A stretch of 64,000 nucleotides of DNA from an uncultured Acidobacteriota bacterium (GCA_963801275.1 CAWDEF010000001.1:522162-586161), one strand, 5' to 3'. Numbered from the stretch's first letter, positions 8,594 to 20,238 are shown. The notes: a model not told the origin generated them from the letters alone. Translations and numbers: made by a program.

Positions 8594-9829
8594 CTACCCC
8601 CCGATCACGAATTCCAGTTGCCTGTGCGCCTCGCGCAGCGCCGCCTCGGCCGTCTCCGGTGAGTCGCTCCGGCTGAAGAGGAATCCCAGGTAGCGCGCAC
8701 CCTCGGGCAGGGGCACGAGGCGCTGCCCGATGTGCGCAGAAATCGTGACCTCGGCGATATCCGCGACGCCGCGCGCCGCCTCGAGGCCGCGGACCTCATG
8801 GAGAATCCCTTCGCGCGGAATGGGAATCATCATGACGCCCGCGGCGGGCCGCTCGCGTTCCAGGGTGGGAAACGGAAGGCGAAGGGCGTTTGCGAGGACG
8901 ATCTCCTCGAGCGACATCCCCGTTCCGAAGCGGAGCGCGCGCGAACAGAGGCCGCCGATCGACCTCGCGGCGAGCTCGATCAGCCAGGTGCCCCCGGCCC
9001 CGTGGCGCACCTCCCCGTGGACCGGGCCCTCGGTGAGTCCCAGCGCCCGGGCCCCGGCGGCGACGGCCTCGCCGATCGCCTTCTGTTCGGCGACCGGAAG
9101 ACGGGAAGGCGTCACGTAGAGCGTCTCCTCGAAGAAGGGCCCGTCCAGCGGGTCCGGCTTGTCGAAGAGCGCCAGGAGGGAGAAGACTCCGTCCCGCAGG
9201 AGGCCCTCCACGGCAAACTCGCGGCCGGGCACGAAGTCCTCGACCAGGATCTCCCGGGCGAGCTTGCCGCCCCGCCGGGCAATCTCGGGCTCCCCCAGGA
9301 GGCGGTCGATTCGCCGCCAGGCCCCGATGAAATCCGCCTGGCTATCGGCCCGGATCACGCCCCGGCTTCCCGCCAGGAACGTGGGCTTTAGGACGCACGG
9401 ATACCGAACGCGCACCGCGACCCGTGCGGCCTCTTCGTCACGCGAGAACACCCTGTGCTTCGGCGTCGGCACGCCGGCCGCCGAGAGCCGGCGGCGCAGC
9501 GTCGGCTTATGCCACGCGGCGACCGCCGCTCCCGGAGGATTGGCGGGCAGGCCGAGGACCGCGCTGATCGCCGCCGCAACGACCGCGGTCTCCTCGTCGA
9601 CGCCCACGACCGCCGCGACCGGATGCTCGCGGGAGAAGGCCGCGATCCGCCGCGCGCAGGCCGCCGGTTCGCGAAAATCGAGGGTCAAGAGGCCCTCGGG
9701 ATTGGCCGCCTCGAGCGCACTCGCCTCCTCCGACGCGACGGTTACCTCGAGCCCGAGGGAGCGCGCCGCCGCGAGGAAGTCCGGCGCCCGGTAGGTCGTC
9801 GTCGGCAGCAGCAGCAGGACGCGGGGCAC
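8594..9829 (-). CDS. ATP-grasp domain protein (L-amino acid ligase-like)
   Basis: K-loop before RRRLSAAGVP, YPCVLKP..GSRGV, LVEDFVPGREFAVEG, GPVHGE, IELAARSIGG. Confidence 0.85.
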   Translation of the reverse strand: MPRVLLLLPTTTYRAPDFLAAARSLGLEVTVASEEASALEAANPEGLLTLDFREPAACARRIAAFSREHPVAAVVGVDEETAVVAAAISAVLGLPANPPGAAVAAWHKPTLRRRLSAAGVPTPKHRVFSRDEEAARVAVRVRYPCVLKPTFLAGSRGVIRADSQADFIGAWRRIDRLLGEPEIARRGGKLAREILVEDFVPGREFAVEGLLRDGVFSLLALFDKPDPLDGPFFEETLYVTPSRLPVAEQKAIGEAVAAGARALGLTEGPVHGEVRHGAGGTWLIELAARSIGGLCSRALRFGTGMSLEEIVLANALRLPFPTLERERPAAGVMMIPIPREGILHEVRGLEAARGVADIAEVTISAHIGQRLVPLPEGARYLGFLFSRSDSPETAEAALREAHRQLEFVIGG

Positions 9830-9927
9830 GGCCCCTAAGGTAAGCTCCCGCGCCGAGGAATGAGAGCGGAAAGTTCACGGAGCGCTCCGCGACGCGATCC
9901 GGGCGGCCAACACCCGACGCCGGCCCC

Positions 9928-12363
9928 GTGAAGAAGGCGCTCGGCGCGCTCGGTGTCCTGCTCGTGACCGCGGCCCTCGGCCTGGCGGTGCTCGCGGCCT
10001 CGACTTTCCCCCGGGAGACGGGCGAACGCCGAGTCCCCGGGCTCGACGGGGCCGTTTCCATCGAGCGTGACGCCCACGGGGTTCCCACGGTTCGGGCGAC
10101 CTCCACCGCCGATGCCCTCTATGGGCTCGGTTACGCTCACGCGGCGGATCGCCTGTGGCAGATGGAGTTCCAGCGGCGGATCGGCAGCGGACGGCTTGCG
10201 GAAGTTCTCGGCCCGGCGGCGGTCGAGAAGGACAAGTTTCTGCGCACCATCGGGTTCCGACGGGCGGCCGAGGCGGCGTGGCCCGCTCTGTCGCCTCGCA
10301 CGCAGGAGCTGATGGCAGCCTATTCCAGCGGCGTCAACGGTTACCTCGCGACCGACGGCGCTCGGCCGGTGGAGTTCCGGATTCTGCGCGTCAAGCCGGA
10401 GCCTTTCACGCCGATCGACTCCCTGACCTGGGCCAAGCTGATGGCCTGGGATCTCGCGGGCAACGCTTCCGACGAGATCCGGCGCGCCCGCCTGACCGCA
10501 GCCGTCGGAGCGGAGCGCGCCCGGGAGTTCCTGCCCCTCGCGCCGCCCCGACCCACGATCCTTCTCGACGAGGAGTGGGAGGCGGAGGCCGGCGCCCCCG
10601 CCCAGGGATCGGCCGCCGCGGCGTCGCCTGCGGAGCCCTGGGCCGCCCTGCAACAGATCTTCGCGCGGCTCGAGCCGCTGGCCTTCAACGGCCCCGAGAT
10701 CGGAAGCAACTCCTGGGTCGTCGCGGGCTCGCGGACGAAGTCGGGAAGACCGATGCTCGCCAACGACCCGCATCTCGGGCTTCGGGCGCCGTCGGTCTGG
10801 TACCTCGCCCGTCTCGAGGCGCCCGGGCTTTCGGTCGCGGGCGCGACGCTGCCGGGGATTCCCGGCATCATCATCGGCCACAACGACCGCATCGCCTGGG
10901 GCCTGACCAGCGTCGAGCCCGACGTCGAAGACCTGTACCTGGAGCAGACGGACCCGGCGGATCCGTCGCGCTATCGCTTCCAGAGCAAATGGCGAAGCTT
11001 CGAAAAACACACCGAACGAATTCCCGTGCGCGGAGCCCCGGAGGTCTCCCTCGAGGTCCGAACCTCCGTTCACGGTCCGATCGTCACCGACCTCTACGAG
11101 GGAGCCGGAACTCTCGGGCGGCCGGTTGCTCTGCGCTGGACGGGGCTCGACCCGGGCGACACGACGGCCGAAGCGTTTCTCGGCTTCGATCATGCGAAGG
11201 ACTGGGCGGAGTTCCTCGCCGCCGCGGCCCGACTCAAGGCGCCCGCCCAGAACCTCGTCTACGCCGACGTGGACGGCCATATCGGCTACAGCGCGAGCGG
11301 GATCATCCCGATTCGGCCGCGCTCCGACGGGCTGCTCCCCGTATCGGGAGAAGGCGATGACGAATGGCAGGGCTACGTCCCGTTCGGGAAGCTCCCGCGT
11401 GTCTTCGATCCCGCGCGAGGCTTCATCGCGACGGCGAACAACCGGGTCGTGTCCGGCCGGTACCCCTGGCCTCTCGCCGTGGATTGGCCCGAGCCGTACC
11501 GGGCCGATCGGATCACGAAGCGGATCCTCTCTGCCGGGAAGCTCGGCAGGGACGAAATGGCGGCGATCCAGCTCGACCGGCACTCGGAGCAGGCCGACGA
11601 GCTCCTCCCGCTCCTGCTCACCACCGAGCCCGCCGACGCGGTTTCCCGAGACGCGCTCGCGCGCCTCTCCGCATGGGACCACGTCTTCTCCCCCGATTCG
11701 GTCGCTGCGTCCATCTACGCCGCCTGGTACACCGCCCTCTCCGCCATGCCCCGGGACGAGCTTGCCCCGCTGGCCCCGGGGGCGGTGCGCTCCCGGTTCC
11801 TGATCGATGCACTCTCGCGCGAGTCGACGTGGTGCGACGACATCGCAACACCGAAGAAGGAGTCCTGTGGAGACTTCAAGACCTCGACCCTCTCGATGGC
11901 GGTCGCCGACCTGACCGGACGGTTCGGGCCGAATCCCGCGGCGTGGCGCTGGGAGCGCCTCCATCGGGCACGCTTCCCCCACGGAGTCTTCGACGCCGTC
12001 TCGGCTCTCCGCCCCTTCTTCAGCCTCGAGACGGGTCAGGGAGGCGACGCCTCGACCGTCAACGTGGGCGCCTACAGACGCGACGGGACGTACGTGATGT
12101 CCGACGGGCCGAGCTATCGCCAGATCGTGGACCTTGCGGACGCCTCCCGGTCCGTCTTCGTCCATACGACCGGCCAGTCGGGCAATGTCTTTGCGAGGCG
12201 GTACCGGGACCTGCTGCCCCTCTGGCGGCGTGGAGAATACCTGCCGATGAACGGCCGCCCCGTGTCCACGCTGCGGCTGCTTCCCGACTCGCTTCCTGCG
12301 AAGGAAAGAGCCCGAAGGGATTCCGGGACGAAGGGCGAGGCCTCAACCGGCGGTGGCCGTTGA
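9928..12363 (+). CDS. Penicillin acylase / AHL acylase family Ntn-hydrolase
   Basis: N-terminal signal/TM; [21 protein letters not shown], catalytic GSNSWVV, LANDPHL, IGHN, ATANN, GQSG. Confidence 0.93.
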   Translation: MKKALGALGVLLVTAALGLAVLAASTFPRETGERRVPGLDGAVSIERDAHGVPTVRATSTADALYGLGYAHAADRLWQMEFQRRIGSGRLAEVLGPAAVEKDKFLRTIGFRRAAEAAWPALSPRTQELMAAYSSGVNGYLATDGARPVEFRILRVKPEPFTPIDSLTWAKLMAWDLAGNASDEIRRARLTAAVGAERAREFLPLAPPRPTILLDEEWEAEAGAPAQGSAAAASPAEPWAALQQIFARLEPLAFNGPEIGSNSWVVAGSRTKSGRPMLANDPHLGLRAPSVWYLARLEAPGLSVAGATLPGIPGIIIGHNDRIAWGLTSVEPDVEDLYLEQTDPADPSRYRFQSKWRSFEKHTERIPVRGAPEVSLEVRTSVHGPIVTDLYEGAGTLGRPVALRWTGLDPGDTTAEAFLGFDHAKDWAEFLAAAARLKAPAQNLVYADVDGHIGYSASGIIPIRPRSDGLLPVSGEGDDEWQGYVPFGKLPRVFDPARGFIATANNRVVSGRYPWPLAVDWPEPYRADRITKRILSAGKLGRDEMAAIQLDRHSEQADELLPLLLTTEPADAVSRDALARLSAWDHVFSPDSVAASIYAAWYTALSAMPRDELAPLAPGAVRSRFLIDALSRESTWCDDIATPKKESCGDFKTSTLSMAVADLTGRFGPNPAAWRWERLHRARFPHGVFDAVSALRPFFSLETGQGGDASTVNVGAYRRDGTYVMSDGPSYRQIVDLADASRSVFVHTTGQSGNVFARRYRDLLPLWRRGEYLPMNGRPVSTLRLLPDSLPAKERARRDSGTKGEASTGGGR

Positions 12364-13062
12364 GGTCGTGGGGATCGTGCGTGTTTCGTTCGGGCGATCG
12401 TCGCGGACTTTCCCGTCCCGAAGCCGAACGATGCGCCGCGCGTGGGCGGCGATGTCCTCCTCGTGCGTGACGAGGACGATCGTGTTGCCACGGGAGTTCA
12501 GCTCGTCGAAGAGCGCCATGATCTCGGCACCGGTCTGCGAATCGAGGTTTCCGGTCGGCTCGTCGGCGAGCAGGATCGAGGGATCGTTGATCAGGGCGCG
12601 GGCGACTGCCACGCGCTGGCGCTGGCCGCCCGACATCTCGCTTGGCTGGTGGCCCATCCGGTCGCCGAGACCGACGGCCGTCAGGGCGCGCACGGCGCGT
12701 TCTCGACGCTCCTTCTTCGACACCCCCGCGTAGACCAGAGGCAGCTCCACCTGCTGGAGAGCGGTCGTGCGGGGCAACAGGTTGAACGTCTGAAACACGA
12801 ACCCGATCTCCTGGTTGCGGATCTGGGCGAGCTCGTCGTCGGTCATCCGCGCCACTTCGCGGCCATTGAGGACGTAGGAGCCCGACGTCGGCGTGTCGAG
12901 GCATCCGATCAGATTCATCAGCGTAGACTTGCCCGAGCCCGAGGGTCCCATGATGCCGATGTACTCGCCGCGGTCGACGGCCAGGGTGACGCCGTCGAGC
13001 GCGTGAACCCGCTCCTCCCCCATGTCATAGACCTTCGTGATGTCGCGGATGTCGATGAGCAT
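12343..13062 (-). CDS. ABC transporter ATP-binding protein (MacB/YknY/LolD type)
   Basis: Real start [15 protein letters not shown] at 13062; [33 protein letters not shown]. Confidence 0.93.
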   Translation of the reverse strand: MLIDIRDITKVYDMGEERVHALDGVTLAVDRGEYIGIMGPSGSGKSTLMNLIGCLDTPTSGSYVLNGREVARMTDDELAQIRNQEIGFVFQTFNLLPRTTALQQVELPLVYAGVSKKERRERAVRALTAVGLGDRMGHQPSEMSGGQRQRVAVARALINDPSILLADEPTGNLDSQTGAEIMALFDELNSRGNTIVLVTHEEDIAAHARRIVRLRDGKVRDDRPNETRTIPTTSTATAG

Positions 13063-13121
13063 CTGGTTCTTAGTTGTACGGCGAAACGCCCGGCGGGTTT
13101 GCGGCCGGAAGCCCCCCTGCC

Positions 13122-13847
13122 TCAGAAAAGGGCCGCCAAACCGGCCTTTCCCAGAACGAAAACGGCCCAGAGGGTCACGATGACGCCCGCCGCCTGAGCC
13201 CGCCGAATCTTCGCCGCCGCGGCAAACCCGATGACCAAGAGTACCAGAGACCAGAAGGAGAAGACGTCGATCGAGCCCAGGAGCGAGTGCAGGGCCTTCG
13301 CGTCGCGCTCGACGAGAAACCCCGCGTTGGAGCGCAGCAAGTCTCCCATGGCCGCGGGGTCCATCTTCTCCTGGCGCGCTACCAGGGGAATCAGGAGGAT
13401 CGCACCGAGCACCCCGGGCAGGAAGGAGTGCGTCGTGACCCCGAGGGCCTGCCGGTAGGTCGCGTCCCAGCCGAAGGCCTTGAACGAGCCCCAGATGACG
13501 ACCGCCACGAACAAGCTGGTGAGGGCCGGCACGACGCCCGCGCTGATCCATCCCACCACGTTCCAGATCCTCTGCTGGGACTGGACGATCGAGGCCATCC
13601 GCTCCTCCGGAACCGTCTGACCGCGCTTCTCCATGGCCTGTCGGATGACCTTGTCGTAGTCGATCCTGGGAATCAGGACCGCCGAAACGACCAGCGACAC
13701 CGCCGTCCACAGAACCAGGGGCGCGAGCCAGGTCGGCCGGCGCGCGATCGCCTCGAACGTCCGCGAGGGAGAGAAGAAAACGCCGGCGATCCGCGAGAAC
13801 GCGGAATCGCCCGACGCCGGCGCGGCCGCCGGTTCCTCTCCGGTCAC
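13122..13847 (-). CDS. Yip1-family membrane protein (YknW-like)
   Basis: GTG at 13847 overlaps the TolC stop (GTGA); [26 protein letters not shown] and about five TM helices. Confidence 0.8.
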   Translation of the reverse strand: MTGEEPAAAPASGDSAFSRIAGVFFSPSRTFEAIARRPTWLAPLVLWTAVSLVVSAVLIPRIDYDKVIRQAMEKRGQTVPEERMASIVQSQQRIWNVVGWISAGVVPALTSLFVAVVIWGSFKAFGWDATYRQALGVTTHSFLPGVLGAILLIPLVARQEKMDPAAMGDLLRSNAGFLVERDAKALHSLLGSIDVFSFWSLVLLVIGFAAAAKIRRAQAAGVIVTLWAVFVLGKAGLAALF

Positions 13848-15514
13848 TTCGATGGGCTCGCGGCGGCGATGGGTTCCAGGGGCGGCGGCACCGCCTCCGG
13901 CATGCCTTCGATGCGAATCCCCCTCCACTCCAGGATGTCGGCCACCGCGTAATGGTATGCCGAGAGGGCCTTGCGGTAGACGACGAGAGCCTGCAGCTCG
14001 CGGGTTCGGGCGTTGGACAGGTCGAGCTGGATCTGATTGACCTGGAAGGAGGTCGTCATGCCGTTGTCGAACTTCTTCTTTTCGGCGTCGAGGTTCTTCT
14101 CCGCGAGCTCCCTGCCCTTCCCGGTGGCCACGATCTGCTGCCTGGCGGTGTCGACGGCGCGCGCGGCCGCCCGCACCTCGACGATGACGTTCTGCTGCGT
14201 CGTCGTCAGCAGGGCCTTGTCGGACTCCCAGCTGTACCTGGCCGCGCCCCGCTGCCCCTTGGCGTAGCGGTTGAAGATCGGATAGGAAACGTTCAGTCCG
14301 ATCGACCAGTTCTTGAAGTCCCGGTTGATGACCTGGTGGTAGGCGTCGCCGAGGCCGTTGGTGATCGTGATCTGGCTCGGAGGAGGATTGGGGTTGGCGA
14401 TCGAGAAGGTCCCGTCGAGCCCGGCGTTCCCATAGCTCCCCACGAGGTTCACGGCGGGCAGCGCCTGGTTGGACCAGTACTCGAAGGAAATGCGGGCGTT
14501 GTCCGTCGCATAGGCCTGGGCAAGCACGTCCGGACGCCGCGTGAGGGCCTCGCGCGCCCCCGTCTCCGCCTCGATCGGCACGGCCTCCGCACGGACTTCA
14601 TCCGTCGGAATGATGGGGGTCGTGTTCAAGAGCGGATCGATGTTCATCTGGCGCCGGAGACGATCCTCGGCGTCGCCGATCTGACCCTGTGCCGTGATGA
14701 TGTCCTGCTCGGCCGTCGCGATTCCGACTTCCGTCTGAGTGATGTCGATCGGCGCGAGCGATCCGACGTCGATCTTGATCTTCGTGATGCGATTCAGGTC
14801 CTGAGCGATGCGCAGCGACTCTTTCTTGACCTCGAGGTTCTGATAGGCGTACACGAGATCCCAGTAAGCCTGCTCGACCGAGTTCACGCCCGTCTGAATG
14901 CTGCGGACGAACTGCTGGTAGGTGGCGTCCCGGGCGTTGCGCTGCGTGTAGATCTGCCATTTCGTCGCGGTGAAGCCGAAGTTCCGAAGCAGCGGCTGGC
15001 TGACGGCAATCTGGAGTCCCGCCGTGTAGGAGGGGTTGACGTCGTAGAACTGCGAGTTGGTGTGCAGCCACCCTCCGGTCGTGCCGAGCGTAAACGTACC
15101 GCCCCATGGGGCGAGCTGCTGCACCCCGGCTTCGTAATTGTAGGTATCCGAGACTCCGATCGCCGCGCCGACGAGCTGGCTCGAAGCCGGCTGCTCCTGG
15201 TGATTGCGGTTGGCAAAGCCGCCGAGGACCGGATCGAAAATGCCCTGACTCGCCATGAGGTAGTACTGCGAGGCTTCGGCCGCGTTGACCGCGACGTTCA
15301 AATCCTGATTGTTCGCCACGGCCAGCGCGATCGCCTGGTCGAGCGACAGCCGGATCGCGCCGTCGACGGGCGCGGGAATCGGCATCGGTGTTCTCTGGCC
15401 CGGGCGCGCCGAAACGACCGGCCCCTCCAGCGCCGACGCGGGAGAGAGGAGCACGCAAAGGGCCGCCCACCCAAGCGCCAGACGACTCCACCGAGAGATC
15501 GCAAACCTGCTCAT
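13844..15514 (-). CDS. TolC-family outer membrane efflux protein
   Basis: Signal peptide; [34 protein letters not shown], two OEP repeats. Confidence 0.9.
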   Translation of the reverse strand: MSRFAISRWSRLALGWAALCVLLSPASALEGPVVSARPGQRTPMPIPAPVDGAIRLSLDQAIALAVANNQDLNVAVNAAEASQYYLMASQGIFDPVLGGFANRNHQEQPASSQLVGAAIGVSDTYNYEAGVQQLAPWGGTFTLGTTGGWLHTNSQFYDVNPSYTAGLQIAVSQPLLRNFGFTATKWQIYTQRNARDATYQQFVRSIQTGVNSVEQAYWDLVYAYQNLEVKKESLRIAQDLNRITKIKIDVGSLAPIDITQTEVGIATAEQDIITAQGQIGDAEDRLRRQMNIDPLLNTTPIIPTDEVRAEAVPIEAETGAREALTRRPDVLAQAYATDNARISFEYWSNQALPAVNLVGSYGNAGLDGTFSIANPNPPPSQITITNGLGDAYHQVINRDFKNWSIGLNVSYPIFNRYAKGQRGAARYSWESDKALLTTTQQNVIVEVRAAARAVDTARQQIVATGKGRELAEKNLDAEKKKFDNGMTTSFQVNQIQLDLSNARTRELQALVVYRKALSAYHYAVADILEWRGIRIEGMPEAVPPPLEPIAAASPSK

Positions 15515-15638
15515 TCCTGTCACTCCTTCGTCACCATTTCTACGCATCGGGCCGCCGAATGTTTCCCGATTCGCGCGCCTTTTCCTTCTCTGCGCGTACT
15601 TTAACGGCTTCCGGGCGCCGATCCCGCGCGTGCGGCCA

Positions 15639-16658
15639 TCATACCGGAGCGCCCGCGCCCGACGCCCCGTGCACCCCGATGAGCTCGCCCGGGAAAAAGC
15701 AGGCCGCCCGATGCCCGGATTCGTCGCCCTCGAGCGCGGGCACCGTCTCCCGGCAACGCGGTCGCGCGATGGGACAGCGGGGATGGAAGGCGCATCCCGT
15801 GGGCGGCGCCCAGACCGAGGGCAGCTCCCCGTGAAGCAGGATCCGCCGTGGTCGCGCTCCGCCGGTTCCGGAAGGCAGCACGGCCGAGAGCAGCGCCACC
15901 GTGTAGGGGTGCCGCGGCCGGCGCAGGATTTCCGCCGTGGGCCCTTCTTCGACGATGCGGCCGAAGTACATGACGGCGACCCGGTCGGCCACCCGGGAGA
16001 CGACAGCCAGGTCGTGCGAGATGAACAGGGCCGACAGACCCATCCTGTCGCGCAGCTCGAAGAGCAGATTGATGACCTGAGCGGCCACGGACACGTCGAG
16101 CGCGGAGACCGGCTCGTCGCAGACGAGCAGCTGCGGCTTCGTCGCGAGCGCCCGCGCGATCGCGACGCGCTGTTTCTGCCCTCCCGAGAGCTCCGATGGA
16201 AAGCGGCGGGCCACGGCCACCGAGAGGCCGACCTCCGCGAGCAGGGCCGCGACGCGGCCGCGCAGGTCGCTTCCGCGCGCCAGGCCCTGTACGCTCATCG
16301 GCTCGGCGATCTGGTCGCCTGCGGTCATCCGGGGGTTGAGCGAGCTGTGGGGATCCTGGAAGACGATCTGAATCTTGCGACGCTTGCGCGCGAGGTCCTG
16401 GCGCGAAAGTGCGAGCCAGTCCTCGCCGTCGAACCGAATGGCGCCCGCGGTCGGCTCCTCCAAGCGCAGCAGCAGCCGGCCGGTCGTGCTCTTGCCGCTT
16501 CCCGACTCGCCGACGAGCCCGAGCGTCTCTCCGCGGCCGATCCGGAGCGAGACACCGTCGACCGCCCGCAGGTTCCCCGTCCCCCGCCCGAGAAGGCCCC
16601 GCCGCACGGCATAGACCTTGACGAGCCCCCCTGCCTCGAGAAGGGCCGTCTCCGTCAC
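15639..16658 (-). CDS. oppF: Oligopeptide/dipeptide ABC transporter ATPase (OppF/DppF)
   Basis: [35 protein letters not shown]-terminal [13 protein letters not shown]. Confidence 0.9.
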   Translation of the reverse strand: MTETALLEAGGLVKVYAVRRGLLGRGTGNLRAVDGVSLRIGRGETLGLVGESGSGKSTTGRLLLRLEEPTAGAIRFDGEDWLALSRQDLARKRRKIQIVFQDPHSSLNPRMTAGDQIAEPMSVQGLARGSDLRGRVAALLAEVGLSVAVARRFPSELSGGQKQRVAIARALATKPQLLVCDEPVSALDVSVAAQVINLLFELRDRMGLSALFISHDLAVVSRVADRVAVMYFGRIVEEGPTAEILRRPRHPYTVALLSAVLPSGTGGARPRRILLHGELPSVWAPPTGCAFHPRCPIARPRCRETVPALEGDESGHRAACFFPGELIGVHGASGAGAPV

Positions 16659-17650
16659 CGCTTCTCCCCGACGCCAGCCGCGCCTTCGTGAAGGAAGCAC
16701 CGTACGAGCGCCTCACCGGCGGGAAAGAGCGCCGGCTCGCGCCTTTCGCAGGGCGCAAATCGGTCGGGGCAGCGCGGCGAGAACGCGCAACCTCCTTGCT
16801 CTCTGTCGAACAGATCGGGAACCGAACCCTCGATCGCGTCGAATCGTCGGCCGGCTCCCCCGGTGGGATCCAGGGAAGGCACCGATCGCAGCAGCCCTTG
16901 CGTGTAGGGGTGCCTTGCTTCTCGAAAGATCTCGACCGTGGGCGCCTCCTCGACCACTCGCCCAGCGTAAAGGATCAGGACGCGGTCGCTCTCCCGGGCC
17001 ACCAGAGCCAGATCATGGCTGATCAGAAGAAGCGTGAGGCCACGTTCGGCGCGCAGCCTCGCGAGCAACTCCATCACCTCCGCCGCCACGGTGGCGTCGA
17101 GTGCCGTCGTCGGCTCGTCCGCGATCAGCAGCTCCGGATCCGCAGCGAGCGCGACCGCGAGCATCGCCCGCTGCTTCTGGCCACCCGAGAGGCGGTGGGG
17201 GTACTCCGCCGCTCCCGTTCGCGGGTCGGGGAAGGAGACTTCCCGGAGCTTTTCGACGGCGAGGGACCGGGCCTCCCGCCAGGAGACACCCCGGTGGAGC
17301 CGGACGGCCTCCGCGATCTGTTCTCCGATCGTCGCCACCGGATCGAGAGCTGCTCCCGGCTCCTGAAAGAGCATTCCGATGCGCCCCCCGCGCATCCGAT
17401 CCCACTCCGTCTCCGAGGCGCCCCGGAGGTCCTTCCCTTCCCAGAGCAATGCGCCGGAGAGTCTGGCCCCTTCCGGCGGCAGATTGAGGATGGCCCGGCC
17501 GAGCAGCGTCTTGCCGCAGCCGCTCTCCCCGGCCACTGCGAGCGTTTCTCCCCGGGCGAGATCGAAGGAAATTCCGTCGACCGCCGGGTGCCAGCGGCCC
17601 CCGTGCGGGAGCTCGACCTTCAAGTCCTGGACGGAGAGGAGGGGGATCAT
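16655..17650 (-). CDS. oppD: Oligopeptide/dipeptide ABC transporter ATPase (OppD/DppD)
   Basis: [46 protein letters not shown]. Confidence 0.9.
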   Translation of the reverse strand: MIPLLSVQDLKVELPHGGRWHPAVDGISFDLARGETLAVAGESGCGKTLLGRAILNLPPEGARLSGALLWEGKDLRGASETEWDRMRGGRIGMLFQEPGAALDPVATIGEQIAEAVRLHRGVSWREARSLAVEKLREVSFPDPRTGAAEYPHRLSGGQKQRAMLAVALAADPELLIADEPTTALDATVAAEVMELLARLRAERGLTLLLISHDLALVARESDRVLILYAGRVVEEAPTVEIFREARHPYTQGLLRSVPSLDPTGGAGRRFDAIEGSVPDLFDREQGGCAFSPRCPDRFAPCERREPALFPAGEALVRCFLHEGAAGVGEKR

Positions 17651-17733
17651 GGGATCGGTGGCCTGCGATCGTGACCCGCGATCGGGGCCCGGGGGGGTCT
17701 CTTCGCCCTGATCACACGTCACGAATTCCCACG

Positions 17734-20238
17734 CTAGGTCTTCTTGACGGCCTCAAGCTCCTTCACGCGGTTGACGACATCACGATAGTTGGTGTTCAGG
17801 CCGTAGACCTCGAGGAACGTGCGGTAGGCGAGCTCGAGGTCTCCTGTGTCCTGATAGACGCAGCCCAGGTCGTACAGGAGGCCCACGGTCTCCACCTCCT
17901 CGATGTCCGGCGCTTCGAGTCCCTTGCGGTACCACTTCACCGCCAGCTGCGGCATGCCCTTCTCGAGGAAGCAGAGGCCGAGCATGCTGCAGCACTCGAC
18001 CATGCGCGCGGGGTCCTTGCTCGCGAGCTGAAACTCGCCGATCGCTTCGTCGGTCAACCCCATTTCCTTGTAGGCGATGCCGAGGTTGAAGTGCGTTTCG
18101 TAGTCCTCGGCCGAAAGCTGCTGCTCGACGCCCTTCTTGAATTCCCGGAAGATCTCCTCGAGCGAGACCTCTCCCTCCGGGCCGGCCATCGCGGGAGCCT
18201 CGGGGGCGGAAGCCTCGTCGGAAAGCTCTTTTTCGAGTTCCTCGGCAAGATTGAAGAACTGCTGCTCATCGGCGAAGAGGCTCTGCTCGTCGAGAACCGG
18301 CTCCGGCGGGAGCCCCTCCGATGCCGAGCCCTCGCCGGCCCTCTGCATCTCCTCCTCGAGCAGGGAGCCCAGCTCCTCGTAGGAAACGAACTCGGAGTCC
18401 GGGGGCGCCGACGCTTCGGGCGTGACGGTCATCCGCGCAGACGGTTCGGGCGGCCGCACCGGAAACTCTGGCACCTCGTCCGGAAGCTCCTCGATCGCCT
18501 CGGGCGGGGGCGCCGGTTCCATGATCTCGTGCGCGATCGGGAGCGATCCCTCGATTCCGAACTCGTCGAAGGCCGCTTCGGCGGGCGGGGGCGCGGGCGG
18601 CGGCGGGCCCGCCTCCTCCCGGGGCTCCTCCGGCGCCGCCGCGCCGTAGCGCCGCAGGACACCTTCCGCGTCGGCCACCCTTCCCGCCTGGCGGTAGAAC
18701 TGCGCCAGCTGCCGGACTTCCTGGGAGAGCGCCGGGTTCTCAGACTCGGCCATGAGCTCGACCATCTTTTCCCGGGCACGGAGGAGGTCCGGACGGCGGC
18801 GCACAAGCGTGCGCAGCCGTTCGACGGCCTTGTCGGCCAGCCCGTAGCGCGCGAACACTTCGGCCTCGACGACGAGCGCCTCGATCTCGCGCTCTTCGCT
18901 TGCCGGCGCGGCCGGCGGCGGCGGAACGACGGAAGGCGCGGGCGTCGGCGCGGAGGCCGACGGTGAGATGTCGAATGGAATCGAGGGGACTCGCGGCTGC
19001 GGGGCGTGGACGGGAGTCGCCTCCTCGTCGATTTCGACCTCGATCTCGGGGACGGAAACGGGCTGCTCGGGAACCTGACTGGGCCGCTCCGGCGCCAGCT
19101 CCCGGAGCCGGGCGGTGGCCTCGGACTCTCCGGGGGAAAGTCGTAGCGCTCGCCGGTAGAGATCGACCGCCGCCGGCAGCTCCGAATAGCGTTCGGCTTC
19201 CCGGGCGGCGGCCAGAAGAAACGACGCGGCTTCCGCGGCCTTGCCTTCGGCCTCGCGAACGTCGGCCATCCGGCCAAGCGCTCCCCTGTGCGCGGGCTCC
19301 GCCTCGAGGAGGGGCGCCAGGTACGAGGCCGCGCGCGGGTAGTCTCTCGCTCCGAGCGCAGCGTCCACCGCCGGCTCGATGGCCGCAAAAGACGCCTCCA
19401 GGTTGCCCTGCGCCAGCCGGATGCGCGCGAGCTGCGCGCGGCAGGCTTCGCTCTTCGGGTCGAGGACGAGGCCCTGCTCGGCCGAGGCGACCGCCTGCCC
19501 CGGCTCTCCCGTCTCGAACTGCGCTTCGGCGAGGAGGGCGAGGCCCTCGGCCGACGGCGGGGACTTCTTCAGAATCGCGATCGCCCCGGCCGCGTTCTTC
19601 TGGGAGAGCAGGGCCCGCACGAGCTTCTTCTGAATCTCTAGATCCCCCGGCACCAGGTCGAGCGCCTTCTGCAGAACCGCCACGGCCTCCTCGCTGGCGC
19701 CTCGCTCGAGGAGAGCTTCCCCGATGACGCCGTACTGGGTGACCGCATGGTTGATCTGCTTGTTCGCGCGGTATATGTCCGCCAGGCGCGCCTGGATCTT
19801 CAGGTCGCCAGGGTCGACGGAGGCCATCTTCTTGTAGGCTCCAATCGCATCCTCCGGACGGTTGTTCTTCGAATAGTGATCGGCCAGCACCTGGTATTGG
19901 CTCCGAGCGTCCTGGGTGAGCCCTTGCTTGTGGTAGAGGTCGGCCAGCTGCTCGTAGACCTCCAGCCGGGAGGGATCGATCTTGTTGATCTTCTTGTAAA
20001 TGGCGATCGCCTTCAGGAAGAACCCGTCTTTGGCGTAGTAGTCGGCGATCCGGGTGAAGAACGGGATGGAGTCGGCGGGACGATTGATCCGGACGTAGAG
20101 GTCCCCGACCTTGTTGAGCGTCGAGATGTCCTTGGGGTTCTCCTCCAGAACCCGCAGGTACTCCTTGAGGGCCGCGTCGAGCTTTCCCTTGGCGAGCAGC
20201 TTCTCGGCGCCCTGGAGGATCTGGTCCCGATTGGCCAT
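17734..20238 (-). CDS. Large cytoplasmic TPR protein, SgmX-like
   Basis: N-terminal TPR array (DGFFLKAIAIYKKI), Pro/Glu-rich linker, C-terminal TPR block (EDYETHFNLGIAYKEMGLTDEAIGEFQ). Similarity to Myxococcus SgmX is from recall, not a search. Confidence 0.8.
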   Translation of the reverse strand: MANRDQILQGAEKLLAKGKLDAALKEYLRVLEENPKDISTLNKVGDLYVRINRPADSIPFFTRIADYYAKDGFFLKAIAIYKKINKIDPSRLEVYEQLADLYHKQGLTQDARSQYQVLADHYSKNNRPEDAIGAYKKMASVDPGDLKIQARLADIYRANKQINHAVTQYGVIGEALLERGASEEAVAVLQKALDLVPGDLEIQKKLVRALLSQKNAAGAIAILKKSPPSAEGLALLAEAQFETGEPGQAVASAEQGLVLDPKSEACRAQLARIRLAQGNLEASFAAIEPAVDAALGARDYPRAASYLAPLLEAEPAHRGALGRMADVREAEGKAAEAASFLLAAAREAERYSELPAAVDLYRRALRLSPGESEATARLRELAPERPSQVPEQPVSVPEIEVEIDEEATPVHAPQPRVPSIPFDISPSASAPTPAPSVVPPPPAAPASEEREIEALVVEAEVFARYGLADKAVERLRTLVRRRPDLLRAREKMVELMAESENPALSQEVRQLAQFYRQAGRVADAEGVLRRYGAAAPEEPREEAGPPPPAPPPAEAAFDEFGIEGSLPIAHEIMEPAPPPEAIEELPDEVPEFPVRPPEPSARMTVTPEASAPPDSEFVSYEELGSLLEEEMQRAGEGSASEGLPPEPVLDEQSLFADEQQFFNLAEELEKELSDEASAPEAPAMAGPEGEVSLEEIFREFKKGVEQQLSAEDYETHFNLGIAYKEMGLTDEAIGEFQLASKDPARMVECCSMLGLCFLEKGMPQLAVKWYRKGLEAPDIEEVETVGLLYDLGCVYQDTGDLELAYRTFLEVYGLNTNYRDVVNRVKELEAVKKT

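Noticed and set aside
12343-13710. 455-aa ABC ATPase with an N-terminal extension
   Set aside because: The extension is an alternative frame over the Yip1 gene; the ATPase starts at 13062.
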